Position numbers and translations under genes: made by a program. A DNA stretch of 64,000 nucleotides from positions 558,001 through 622,000 of the forward strand of contig NIVC01000070.1 of assembly GCA_002269645.1 (NCBI GenBank), in the 5' to 3' direction. The notes below the pieces were generated by a model. That model searched no databases. It was not told where the DNA came from and was given only the letters and a program-made list of their open reading frames with translations. Origin of the DNA: Macrostomum lignano. Taxonomy: Eukaryota. This document shows, piece by piece, positions 1-12,300 of this stretch. The stretch's first letter is position 1, and every line of letters starts with the position of its first letter.

Positions 1-471
1 AGGGCGTAGTGAGCAGTCGGACAGGCGTCCGGGCGCTCCAGCCGGCCAAGCTGAGGCTCGTCAATGGTCTCAAGAATCTGCTGCCCGGTGAGGCCGGCCC
101 AGGGCTGGAAGCCGTAGGAGAACATCTCCCACAGGGTGACGGCGTAGGCCCACACGTCAGACGCGGAGGTGAATCTCAGGTAATTAATACTCTCAGGTGC
201 GCACCAGGCTATTGGCAGTTTCAGGTTCACATTGAAATTTGTCTGATAATACTCCTTGCCCAGCTGCAGCGCTCGGCTCATGCCGAAGTCTGAGATCTTC
301 ACTCGATCCTTGGTGAACACCAAAATGTTTCTCGCGGCCAAGTCGCGATGGATGAGGCGCTGATTCTCCAAGTAGGACATGCCTTCGGCGATCTGCTGGG
401 CGAAGCTGCACAGCGCGCCAACGTGGAAACTGCAGCGCAGGGCCGCCTCGCGGACGCATTCGAGTAGGGAT
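1..471 (-). CDS. Ack-like: Ack/PR2-like non-receptor tyrosine kinase, exon encoding the kinase C-lobe (continues beyond the left edge)
   Basis: Hand translation (frame not in the ORF track): SLLECVRE...LIHRDLAARNILVFTKDRVKISDFGMSRALQLGKEYYQTNFNVNLKLPIAWCAPESINYLRFTSASDVWAYAVTLWEMFSYGFQPW. HRDLAARN, DFG and PIAWCAPE are tyrosine kinase motifs; the NFNVNLKLPIAWCAPE loop is typical of Drosophila PR2/Ack-like. Acceptor AG at 472-473; phase-2 join gives ELAPLR|SLLE. Confidence 0.92.
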
Positions 472-514
472 CTGGCGACGGGGAATCGGGATTAGCAGAT
501 AAACCCGATGATAA

Positions 515-1230
515 AACCCTGGCATATCAGAGGTGTTACAGTAGATTAACCTAACAATAACACTCTGGGATATTCATGTAGGGGTGTTACAGCAAATTAA
601 CCCATTAATAACACCCTGGGATACAGGGGTGTTACAGTAGATTAACCGATCAATAACACCCTGGGATATAGAGGTGTTACAGCAGATTAACCCATCAATA
701 ACATCCTGGGGCTATAGGGGTGTTACAGCAGATTAACGCATCAATAACACCCTCGGATACAGGGGTGTTACAGCAGATTAACCCAACAATAACACCCTGG
801 GGCTATAGGGGTGTTACAGCAGATTAACCCATCAATAACATCCTGGGGCTATAGGGGTGTTACGGCAGATTAACCCATCAATAACACCCTGGGATACAGG
901 GATGTTACAGCAGATTAACCCAACAATAACACCCTGAGATACAGGGGTGTTACATTAGATTAACCTAACAATAACACCCTGGGATACAGGGGTGTTACAG
1001 CAGATTAACCCAACAATAACACTCTGGGATATAGGGGTGTTACAGCAGATTAACCCATCAATAACACCCTGGGATACAGGGGTGTTACAGTAGATTAACC
1101 TAACAATAACACTCTGGGATGTAGGGGTGTTACAGCAAAGTAACCGATCAATAACACCCTGGGATATAGATGTGTTACAGCAGATTAACCCATCAATAAC
1201 ACCCTGGCGTAGGGGTGTTACAGCAGATGA
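515..1230. repeat. 45-bp intronic minisatellite (about 16 copies)
   Basis: Consensus AATAACACCCTGGGATACAGGGGTGTTACAGCAGATTAACCCATC with an internal dyad TAACACCC...GGGTGTTA; lies in kinase intron 472-3268. Confidence 0.95.
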
Positions 1231-1825
1231 ATCGCTAAGCAAAACGTCACCAACAGCAAAGTCAAATTAAAGACTCATAAAAGTCAAGCGCATTAGTTAA
1301 TTGCGCACCTGGACCCAGACCCTATTCGTCAAGAATAAAATAATTTGCAACGCCAATCGATCACACAGTCGCACACTGGGGTGTTGGTGGTAATTTGGAC
1401 CACCAAACAAGAGACCTCCGGGTGCCATAAAAAAATTCAAAAGTCAGTCTGTTGGATACTTGCTAATAAGCAACATATCCAGCCATAAAATAAGCATTAC
1501 TGAATGTAGCCATTATACATGCATAAGCAATTTACCAGCCATACCCATAGTGTAACCGTTTCAATAATACGAAACCGTATAAACCATATATGGTAATGTG
1601 CACTTCTAATATAATTGCATGATTTCTTTTCCTACTTTGCCATTAGTTTAACACTTAGCGATACTGCGAAATAAAGGCAATACTGAGCCGGCATCGCAAC
1701 ACTGCGAATTGCTTCGTAACTGAAAGCAATTCATTGCCTGCGCATTCTCTTTAGTTGTTCTTTATTGTAACAGCTCAAATCCAAGCTCTAGGGACACTTT
1801 GATGAGGAATGTAAAAGATTACATC

Positions 1826-3258
1826 TGGCCAAGCAACTGAAACTCTGGGAGGCTGGCCCAGCAACTGAGGATCTGAGAGGCTGGCCCAGCAACTGAGGAT
1901 CTGAGAGGCTGGCCCAGCAACTGAGGATCTGGGAGGCTGGCCCAGCAACTGAGGATCTGAGAGGCTGGCCCAGCAACTGAGGATCTGAGAGGCTGACCCA
2001 GCAATTGAGGATCTGGGAGGCTGGCCCAGCAACTGAGGATCTGGGAGGCTGGCCCAGCAACTGAGGATCTGAGAGGCTGGCCCAGCAACTGAGGATCTGA
2101 GAGGTTGGCCCAGCAACTGAGGATCTGAGAGGCTGGCCCAGCAATTGAGGATCTGGGAGGCTGGCCCAGCAATTGAGGATCTGGGAGGCTGGCCCAGCAA
2201 CTGAGGATCTTAGAGGCTGGCCCAGCAACTGAGGATCTGAGAGGCTGGCCCAGCAACTGAGGATCTGAGAGGCTGGCCCAGCAACTGAGGATCTGAGAGG
2301 CTGGCCCAGCAACTGAGGATCTGAGAGGTTGGCCCAGCAACTGAGGATCTGAGAGGCTGGCCCAGCAATTGAGGATCTGGGAGGCTGGCCCAGCAACTGA
2401 GACTATGGGAGGCTGGCCCAGCAACTGAGGATCTGAGAGGCTGGCCCAGCAACTGAGGATCTGAGAGGCTGGCCCAGCAACTGAGGATCTGGGAGGCTGG
2501 CCCAGCAACTGAGGATCTGAGAGGCTGGCCCAGCAACTGAGGATCTGAGAGGCTGACCCAGCAATTGAGGATCTGGGAGGCTGGCCCAGCAACTGAGGAT
2601 CTGGGAGGCTGGCCCAGCAACTGAGGATCTGAGAGGCTGGCCCAGCAACTGAGGATCTGAGAGGTTGGCCCAGCAACTGAGGATCTGAGAGGCTGGCCCA
2701 GCAATTGAGGATCTGGGAGGCTGGCCCAGCAATTGAGGATCTGGGAGGCTGGCCCAGCAACTGAGGATCTTAGAGGCTGGCCCAGCAACTGAGGATCTGA
2801 GAGGCTGGCCCAGCAACTGAGGATCTGAGAGGCTGGCCCAGCAACTGAGGATCTGAGAGGCTGGCCCAGCAACTGAGGGTCTGAGAGGCTGGCCCAGCAA
2901 CTGAGGGTCTGAGAAGCTGACCCAGCAACTGAGGATCTGGGAGGCTGGCCCAGAAACTGAGGATCTGGGAGGCTGGCCCAGCAACTGGGGATCTGAGAGG
3001 CTGGCCCAGCAACTGAGGGTCTGGGAGGCTGGCCCAGCAACTGAGGGTCTGGGAGGCTGGCCCAGCAACTGAGGGTCTGGGAGGCTGGCCCAGCAACTGA
3101 GGGTCTGGGAGGCTGGCCCAGCAACTGAGGGTCTGGGAGGCTGGCCCAACAACTGAGGGTCTGGGAGGCTGGCCCAGCAACTGAGGATCTGAGAGGCTGG
3201 CCCAGCAACTGAGAATCTGGGAGGCTGGCCCAGAAACTGAGGATCTGGGAGGCTGGCG
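1826..3258. repeat. 28-bp intronic minisatellite (about 51 copies)
   Basis: Unit GGCCCAGCAACTGAGGATCTG(G/A)GAGGCT; ends about 10 nt from the splice donor at 3268; source of the LGQPPRSS-type pseudo-ORFs. Confidence 0.97.
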
Positions 3259-3268
3259 AACATCTCAC

Positions 3269-3846
3269 CTGAGAGGCGCGAGCTCAGTGACCATCTGGAA
3301 CTTGTCCTCCCCAATGGCCAGGCCGTACAGCCGTACAATGTTCCTGTGCTCGATGCCGTGCATGTTGGTGACCTCCTTGAGAAAGTCCGCAGCCTGGCCG
3401 GGCGACAGGCGGTCCTTGTCCATGGCCTTCACGGCCACCTGTATCCGCTGGCCCCTGTCGCCACCGGGACTCCAAATGGCCTGATAGACCCGGCCGAACC
3501 CGCCCTCGCCAAGGACCTTGCCGAGCTCGATCTGGTCTGGAGGAATCAGATAGCTGGTTGAGGGCGGCAGCCGCAGGGCGCCAACCAGGAGGTCCGGGCC
3601 GCCTGCGCCAACTCCGCCGCCGCTTCCCGCTCCACCGCCGCCGGATGCGCCGCAGTCATCCTCGCCTCCTCCGCCGCGCCCGGCGCCGCCGCCGCGCGCA
3701 GTCAGCCGTTTGCGCAATCGGCCAACAGCGGACTGGGGGCACTCGCGCAGGAAAAACTTTCTTAGCCGACGCATCTCCGGCTTTGTGAGGCCGATGTCGG
3801 CCAGGTCTTCGTCTTCGACGTATTTTAATTGATTGACGCTGGTCAC
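3269..3846 (-). CDS. Ack-like: Ack/PR2-like kinase exon: SAM domain C-half, Gly-rich linker and kinase N-lobe
   Basis: ORF 3265..3846: VTSVNQLKYVEDEDLADIGLTKPEMRRLRKFF (SAM), LGEGGFGRVY (Gly loop), VAVKAM, FLKEVTNMHGIEHRNIVRLYG, MVTELAPLR. Acceptor tag|GTG at 3847/3846; donor AG|gtgaga at 3269/3268. Confidence 0.92.
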
Positions 3847-4320
3847 CTAGTTAAATTTGGCAAAATGTTTAACAGTACTAAGCTCACCGATAATATTAAG
3901 TTTGTATCGAAAATAAACTTTGTAGAGCTGACTTTGAAATCTACATTCGATCAATCGCCGATATGTAGCGAAGATAACTTTTATTACACTTTAGAACTAT
4001 TTATAAATACTTTTGTTTCTTTATTGCCGATATGTATCGAAAATGAACTTTGTAAGGCACAATACCAAGCACAAGTACCAGAAAAGTACATCCAGTTTAG
4101 CTACACTGATGACTAAATCATTGAAATTGAAGTTAACTTAGCACATTGACAACTTTACAAGTTTACCGATATGTATCGAGATTAAGTTTGCAGAGCATAA
4201 AGTAAAATTCCGAAGAGCGTTGCTAACTATATAGAGTAAATAGCCGATATGTATCGAAATTATTAACATAAATTGAAGCAATTAAATGCTTGACCTTCAA
4301 ACTGTCCAATTCTTTCTTAC

Positions 4321-4470
4321 CTTCAAAGTATGCGTCATTGATGTATAATAATGATCCAACTCAGCGTCCTTCAAGAATTCGTACAGATCTCTGCAGATGG
4401 CTTTGCCTCCGCCACCTCCGCCGCTGCTGCCGCCGCCACCCGCCGCCGTGCTACTGCTGGAGCCGGTCAT
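4321..4470 (-). CDS. Ack-like: Ack/PR2-like kinase first coding exon (start codon and SAM domain N-half)
   Basis: MTGSSSSTAAGGGG...DLYEFLKDAELDHYYTSMTHTLK, then donor AAG|gtaaga at 4321/4320, joining in phase 0 to VTSVNQLK. ATG at 4470. An upstream acceptor (tttgtcag|) puts the exon start at 4508. The start-codon choice is inferred. Confidence 0.8.
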
Positions 4471-4695
4471 GCCGCTGCGATGACAGTCAATTGTGGAGAA
4501 GCAGAGGCCTGACAAATTTTGTGGCATACAGAATTACATACAGAATCTGGTTTCTGCTGGGCACTGAAGGCTAAATATTTGACTTTAATTATAGGTACAA
4601 AATTACTAAACAGAACGATTAAAAATCAAGTGACAAGAATCATGAAACCTTAAAAACTATTGTCAGACGTATGTATGTGGCATAGACATAAAATA

Positions 4696-5660
4696 CGAGG
4701 ATCTGGGGTCATGGCTGACATTCCAACATGAGGATCTGGGGTCATGGCTGACATCCCAACATGAGGATCTGGGTCATGGCTGACATCCCAACATGAGGAT
4801 CTGGGGTCATGGCTGACATCCCAACATGAGGATCTGGGGTCATGGCTGACATCCCAACATGAGGATCTGGGGTCATGGCTGACATCCCAACATGAGGATC
4901 TGGGGTCATGGTTGACATTCCAACATGAGGATCTGGGGTCATGGTTGACATTCCAACATGAGGATCTGGGGTCATGGCTGACATCCCAACATGAGGATCT
5001 GGGGTCATTGCTGACACCCCAACATAAGGACTGGGGTCATTGCTGACACCCCAACATGAGGATCTAAAGTCATTGCTGACACCCCAACATAAGGACTGGG
5101 GTCATTGCTGACACCCCAAAATGAGGATCTAAAGTCATTGCTGACACCCCAACATAAGGACTGGGGTCATTGCTGACACCTCAACATGAGGATCTTGGGT
5201 CATTGCTGACACCCCAACATAAGGACTGGGGTCATTGCTGACACCCCAAATGAGGATCTGGGGTCATTGCTGACACCCCAACTTAAGGACTGGGGTCATT
5301 GCTGACACCCCAAAATGAGGATCTAAAGTCATTGCTGACACTCCAACATAAGGACTGGGGTCATTGCTGACACCCCAAAATGAGGATCTAAAGTCATTGC
5401 TGACACTCCAACATAAGGACTGGGGTCATTGCTGACACCCCAACATGAGGATCTTGGGTCATTGCTGACACCCCAACATAAGGACTGGGGTCATTGCTGA
5501 CACCTCAACATGAGGATCTTGGGTCATTGCTGACACCCCAACATAAGGACTGGGGTCATTGCTGACACCCCAAATGAGGATCTGGGGTCATTGCTGACAC
5601 CCCAACTTAAGGACTGGGGTCATTGCTGACACCCACACATGAAGATCTGGGGTCATTGCA
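4696..5660. repeat. 33-bp minisatellite (about 29 copies)
   Basis: Unit TGAGGATCTGGGGTCATGGCTGACATCCCAACA, grading into alternating 32/33-bp variants (AACATAAGGACTGGGG / AACATGAGGATCT). Confidence 0.95.
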
Positions 5661-6867
5661 GAAGCTGACAAATGAATAAAAATCTGGAACTCAAATACAC
5701 AAGCGCACAGTCCGAAAAAAACATGCACCAAGCCTACAGGAACAAAATTTCAACTAAATAGAAAAGTTTCCCAATCAAAAGAAAGGTCAGACCCAACTTC
5801 CAAAAAAGCAAGATCCTTTAGGCAGGATCGCATTTCGCTATTGATTTAGTGGGGGCCTTGTGACCCGAAAAAGCCTAATGAGTATTGCATGCATAACACA
5901 TTATTCTATATTTAGCCCACTGTGCACTCCCAACACTTAGTGCTAATGGCAATGGTCATTATTCTATCATAACTGATTTATGATCTATGAATGTTAATAG
6001 CCAGACAGAAAGTCTTACGATCAGCTCTAGAAGAATGCAACAACGAATTATAAGAATATTCGAGCTGCATTTGCGGCGAAAGTTTCTTATTTTGCTGCTT
6101 CAACTGTTGCTGCTGCTGCTGCAGCTCTTGCTGCTTCAATGGCCATTCTCTGCTGCTTTGATAACTAAACGAGGTTGAAGTGATCATACTGCAGTGTTTA
6201 ACATGAAAAATCTTTAGAATCCAATACAAGTTGAAGAGACGGGCGCAGACTAAAAACAGTGCTGGAAGGAGTTTAATGACCGATGATGGACCAATCCGCC
6301 CAAGCCTTAACAACAAAACCCTAAGAATTCTTTCACCGGACGGGGGGAGAGACGCAGGGTCAGAGAGGGAGCCGATTGGTCGAGCCGGCTTAGCAAAAAA
6401 TATAACGAGGATTCAAGCCAAGGAGGTCGTCAAACCAGAACTTGGAATTTCATACACGAGCAATCTACCGTAAGTTTGGGAGTACTGCATATCGCTTGCC
6501 CTAACCTTTGACAAAAAACATTGCATCTGGCATCCAGGTGTCAGGCCTAAGATTACCAATTAACAGCAGGATTCTGGCCCAAGATTAATCCTAAATAAGC
6601 TTAAAATTGAATAAATTCTCCGCACACTAGCATTCGCAGGAGCGCTGTGAGCAACCAACCAGCACTGAAGCAATTCAGACGCACCCATACACACACTCAC
6701 ACAGGGTGCACAGCGGCTCTGACTTACTAATCGTCAGGCATGTACAGTCTCTGTGCCTTTTGGGGTTAGTCCTCATGGGTGTGAATAATGTGTGTCAGAT
6801 TCTAATATAGTTCTCATAATAGAGGTGTGACAATTTTCGATTAAATATTTGCATAGCTTTTGGCAGC

Positions 6868-7430
6868 CTATTTGGGCCTACGCGCATTGAATTTAATCCA
6901 GGATACGTTTGCCAATGCAACGGAGCTTTTGTCTATGGTAGCAAGGCTGGCACAGCGGCATTTGATTTGGTTCAACAAGCATCGATTTGGTCCAAATGCT
7001 CGTGAGTCATTGGACAAACTCTTGCCTTCTCTCAACCGTCTGCAGGTTGTTGCGCACCGCTGGAATGTCAGCGTCTCTACCAGCAATTTTCAGTCGCTTT
7101 TCCAGCGCTCTGCTGATAGTCGAAATCTGATAACTAATTTGAATTGTTCCTTCAACTTCTGCTGCATTTTCTGCAATATCAACAAAGGGTTCGTTTCAAC
7201 TGCATCGATTAGCAGTTGGATCTGAGGCTCACGAGCATCTTGCCTTGGCGATTGCCACCCTTTCGCAGGCAATCTCTGCCGGCAGAGTTTCAACGCGCTG
7301 ATGGATGCCGCATCTTTTCTTTTACATTCAGCAGCCTTGCAATGTCCTTTGGGTGTTCACCTCTGTCGAGTGCTTCGATCACAAGCCAATGGCATTCGTT
7401 CAACAGCCTAGCATATGGTCTACAATCCAT
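6868..7430 (-). mobile_element. Decayed Tc1/IS630-like DNA transposase fragment (HTH regions and start of the catalytic domain)
   Basis: Pieces across frameshifts: MDCRPYARLLNECHWLVIEALDRGEHPKDIARLLNVK (HTH); AVETNPLLILQKMQQKLKEQFKLVI / STISRALEKRLK...AVRNNLQTVERRQEFVQ* (second HTH and linker as in IS630/Tc1); TIDKSS resembling the IDES first-Asp motif. Stops and frameshifts present; no TIR pair found. Confidence 0.6.
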
Positions 7431-8679
7431 AGGGACTATAATTGTGGCCAAATGGGCTGCAAAAAGCTATATTTTAACTAGTCCTGTCAGTGAGGAGTTG
7501 ACACTCCAGACTCAAGTTTCTAAATCTCCTTGAACAAGCCGAAGCATTATTCCAGTGCTCGATGACTCATGCATGCAGAAACGTATTCACGCCAAGTCAA
7601 GTTCGTTTGCCTCGCTGCCTCTCCGTTCCAATTTCAATTACCAACTCTCCGTTTTATTGTTTAGCCAACTAGAGAGAAAATGGAAGACAAAAAACCCAGA
7701 AGTGAAGTGGCAAAAGATTCAGTCAAACAGCTGACTGCGCTTCGAGAAGACAGAGCCTGTTGTAGCACGGAATGAAATTAATACAAGCCCTGAACGCCCA
7801 CACGCAAGGGGCGGCCACACTCTGTATAAACGATATATACGCAATATGTTTCAGGCCTCTGCTTTATTTTCTCTTTTGCATTATTAACTTTCTATCTATA
7901 TAGAGCAGAGACAGTCAACTTTCATTGAGGCCCAGTAAGAGGACAAAATCTTGTGTAAATTAGCCCAGTCATCTTCATATCTTCCAATTCTGTTAAGCCT
8001 TTTTTTGCTGGCTCAAACCAGATAACTAGCTATGCATGTTAGCACTATTAACAAGCCAAGCTTACAGAAGAGCCTTGCCTGAAACTGGCACTGATTTATT
8101 TGCAAACAATAAGATGCTTCGCATTCAAACCATAGTGCGGCCAAAAAACATATTTCTAAGAAACGAAACGAAAGTTGCATGACGCATATAGAAAACCAAC
8201 GGATCCACGACTTTCTCGCTTTGCTTGCTCAGCTTCTATACTAGCTTGCGACGCTTGCGTATTTGCGGCATATCTAATCCGCTATTATTACTAAACTACT
8301 AAATTATATATAAAATTTAAATACAAATGAAAGCTCACACTGGGCCACTACTGCCTAGCCGCCCGAATCCTCAGTTGCTGGGCCAGCCTCCCAGACCCTC
8401 AATATTTTCAAGATTTAAGAACTAATAAGATTTCTCAGATAAAGATAAATCGGGCAACAAGTGTTCAACCGAAACTAAACGCATTAAAATGGATTATTGC
8501 GCACCTGCACACATGGTTGCCTACTAACGAGTTCAAAAAAGCTGCCGAGAAATTGTTACTACCTTTTAGAAAAAAACTTAACTCGCTCTGCTCGGATATG
8601 TTTTCAGAGTAAATTTTGCGGTGTTTAACTTTTGCTGCAATGTGCGGAGCTTATGTGGGTGGCGGTGACGAAGGGACTC

Positions 8680-9264
8680 CCCGACCTCCCTGCTAGTGGA
8701 CTGGTGTATCACCGTAAAGTCCGCAGGGGGGAGACGGGCAACTCAATTGTCCTCGGCCTTTCCAGCACTTGGGCGAGTCGGTACCCTAATGGATCCTCTT
8801 TCCAGCTGGGTGCCCTCAAGCTCAAGTTGCGCCGAGGAAAGTCTGCCAAAGGGAAGGCTACTGCCAACCCCGGCATCTCCGGCAAGAGCGGGGCGCAGTC
8901 TAAGGCCCAAGGAAAGGCGCAAGCCGATCCCAAAGCCGGAGCTGCGTCTCGCCCCTCTGCTAGCAGCAGTTCGGCGACCGCGGTAACGGCTCCGGCCAAG
9001 CCCCGGGAACCAAACCTGCCAGTCGGAGAAGGAGTTGAGGACGAGGCCGGGTCTTCGGAATCCGAGCTCTCCTCGGCCACCTTGGTGGGGTCTGAAGGTA
9101 AAGATGCAGGTGAGGAAGCTTCCTCCATCCTGTCATCGGAGCCTGAGGACTCTGCTGGGGGGGCCGGTGGGGGTGAGGAGGCCATGGACGTCGACCAACT
9201 CCCATCTCCCAGTCAAGCCCCTGCGGCCTGGGACGAGGACGATCTGTTGTCCAAGTCTCCTTGA
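8680..9264 (+). pseudogene. C-terminal remnant of retrotransposon ORF1 (5'-truncated)
   Basis: Open frame from the insertion junction to TGA 9264, 39 nt before ORF2; basic then acidic low-complexity sequence; no start codon at the element's truncated 5' end; no zinc knuckle seen. Confidence 0.65.
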
Positions 9265-9303
9265 TGGCCCTGGGCTCTAGCCAGATATTGCATTTAATAC
9301 AGT

Positions 9304-12300
9304 ATGACTAAGCTCCACGCTGCCAAAGGAGCGACATTCTGTCTGCAAATAAATTTACAGCATTGCGTATCTGCGTCAGTAAATCTGATGAAGATTGCTG
9401 AGCTGTACAGGCCAGGCCTCATCCTGATCCAGGAACCCTGGATGCGCAACGGTAAGTTGCCCAACATTCCCTCTGGCTACTCTGATTTTTATGTGTGTGG
9501 CCCGGGGAACAGCCGCCCTAGAGCGGCTATCCTCGCTGCTAGCCATCTCCAGGCTTGGCTGAGGACTGATCTCTCTGATGGAGACCTTTGCGTCATCCAA
9601 TCTAATCATTTCTCTCCGCGTACGTGTCTTGTTGCCTCGGTTTATATGCCAGGCGACAGAGACCCTGCTCCCGAGAGTTTACTGCGCCTTGCGCAGTACT
9701 GCGAGCCCCAGAACGCTGAGCTGTGCTTAGGGGGCGACCTCAACGCGCACCACAAGCACTGGGGCAGCAAAGATACCAACACTAGAGGAGAGGAGCTTCT
9801 GGCCCTCATCTCTAACACAAACCTCATGCTCTGCAACCGCGGCAGCACTCCTACCTTTAATAATGGCAGATGGACCGAGGTCCTCGACGCCACACTCGTT
9901 ACCCCAAGACTCTTTGACAGAGTCAAGGAGTGGAGAGTCTGGTCTGAGGAGCCCTCCCTGTCTGACCACTGCTTTATCGCCTTTAATATCGCGGACACTA
10001 AAACCCAGTCTCCGATCACTTGGAGACGCAATATCCGCAACACTGATTGGGCGGCCTACAAGGCTGCCCTTGATCTGCACCTGCAGGAACTCACGGACTT
10101 ACGTCCGATTGAGACCTGCGAGGATGTGGATCATATGGCTGAGACGCTGACAGGTTGCATTATTGCAGCCTACGAAGCGGCTTGTCCTGCTCGCGCCTAC
10201 AGAGGCAAGACCTCGGCGCCGTGGTGGAACCCGGAGCTGGGGAAACTCAGGCGGAAGGCCAAAAGCCTTCATCGCCGTGCCATGAAGACCGGAAACCCGG
10301 AGGACATGGAGCTTTTCCGGCAAGCCTCCCGCAATTTCAAATCTGAAGTGCGCAAGGCCAAGGAATGTAAGTGGCGCCAATTCTGCAATGAATTGGATCA
10401 AGACAGACCTACTTCTAGGCTTGTCAAGGCCCTTACAATGGACAAAATGTCCAAATTAGCCATGATCAAAAAAGATGATGGCTCTCTTACTAAAGACCCT
10501 GAAGAAGTGCTTCAGCATATGCTTAGCACATTCTTCCCGAGGGTACCTACTGCTAGACCGGAGCCCAACCATTCGATGGATGGAGCCACCCTAGCGGCGG
10601 GCATTGTCACTGAAGACCTAATCGCTCGTGCGGTCAGAACCTTCAAACCCTTCAAATCTCCTGGACCTGATGGTATCTACCCTGTTCTCCTTCGTGAAGC
10701 AGCCAAGATACCCTCGTTCCTGAGACTCACCCGCAATCTTATGCGGGCCTCTATCCAGCTGGGATACGTTCCCAAAAGCTGGACTGAAGCTCGAGTAGTC
10801 TTTATTCCCAAACCTGGGAAGGGTGACTACCAAAGCGTCAAGGCCTTCCGGCCAATTAGCTTAACGTCAGCAATGCTTAAGCTCACTGAGAGGCTTATTC
10901 TCTGGCGGCTGCTCTCCTGCGAGCTGACAGCGATGCCCCTCAGCAATAATCAGCACGCCTTCCGTACCGGGAGGTCGACTGACAGCGCCCTGCATGCGAT
11001 TGTCGAAAAGATTGAACGGGCGGTACTGGGTGACGGTTACGCCCTGGCTCTCTTTCTTGACATTGTTGGCGCCTTCGACAACGTTATCTTTGAAGCGTTT
11101 CAGAGGGCCCTTCAAAATCGCAAAGCTCATGCTACCCTCATACGGTGGATCATGTACATGATCTCCAACCGTACGGTCACTGCCCAACTTCTTGGGCAAA
11201 CTGCCTCCACCAGAGTCTGTAAGGGTGGACCCCAAGGCGGAGTCCTCACCCCGACGCTCTGGAACCTGGTCATGGACGCTCTTCTGAGTGACTCCCGACC
11301 TGACCCCGTCTTCAAAGTCGGGTATGCTGATGACGTCACGGCCATTGTGGCAGGACCGTCTCCCAGCACGCTCAGGGATCTGATGCAGAGCTTTATCCGC
11401 AAAGCAGAATCCTGGGCCAATGACAATGGTTTGGAACTCTCTGAGCCCAAAACCGTTGCCATTATGTTTACCAGCAGACTACGCTGGAACATACGTCCTC
11501 TGCAGCTCTACGGCAGAGATATTGCCTTCGCGCACCAGACCAGATGTCTCGGGGTCACACTTGACCACCGGCTCAACTGGTCCTTCCACGTGAAAGCAAA
11601 AGCTAAGCGTGCCTCAGCCATCCTGGCCCAGCTCCGACGAGCACTTGGCACTTCTTGGGGTCTATCCCCAAAGCGGCTTTGGTGGATCTATACTTCCGTA
11701 GTTAGACCTGCCATTACGTACGCCTCTGTTGTCTGGGTTAGCGCTACCCAGGTCAAAAGCCATGCAGACCTGCTCAACACGATCCAAGGCAGAGCGTGTA
11801 GGCTCATCTGCAACGCCACCAGGTCCACGCCCTTTGCTGGCATGGGGGCCTTTCTTAATCTTCCGCCTCTTGACCTCTTCATCAGGGGTGAGGCGGCTAG
11901 AACGACGTGGCGTCTAATTGATGCCGGCGTCAAATTCATTTACATGAGAGCACCTGCTAAGCGGAACCTTGTCCCGCATAGCGATCTGTGCCTCAACTTT
12001 CTCAACGAGTGTCAGGCCAATCGCGTCTTCACCGATGGCATTGCCTCAACGCTCAACCTGAGACAGCGCTACTCCGTAGCTATCGACTCGCGCGATAACA
12101 TCAATGACCATTGGAACCCTGGTGAGCTTCATTGCTACACCGACGGTTCTAAGCAGTCAGCCAACACCGGCTTTGGTGTTGGAATCTTTCTGAACGGGAG
12201 GGTCATCGCTACCCACGCTCAATACACTGGGGTCAACTCCAGTGTTTTCCAAAATGAAGTTCTGGCCATCAGCTCCTGCACTGCAGAGCTTCTCGCCACT

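Noticed and set aside
9-525. ORFs 9..293 (+) and 193..525 (-)
   Set aside because: They are antisense or off-frame shadows of the kinase exon, whose true frame carries the HRD and DFG motifs.
515-1230. CRISPR-like appearance of palindromic repeats (also the 24-, 28- and 35-bp arrays)
   Set aside because: Units are head to tail with no unique spacers, there are no cas genes, and the context is a eukaryotic intron.
8632-8679. N-terminus of the 210-aa ORF 8632..9264 as a full-length ORF1
   Set aside because: The first 16 codons lie outside or within the TSD, i.e. in flanking host sequence, and the start is TTG; the fusion is accidental.
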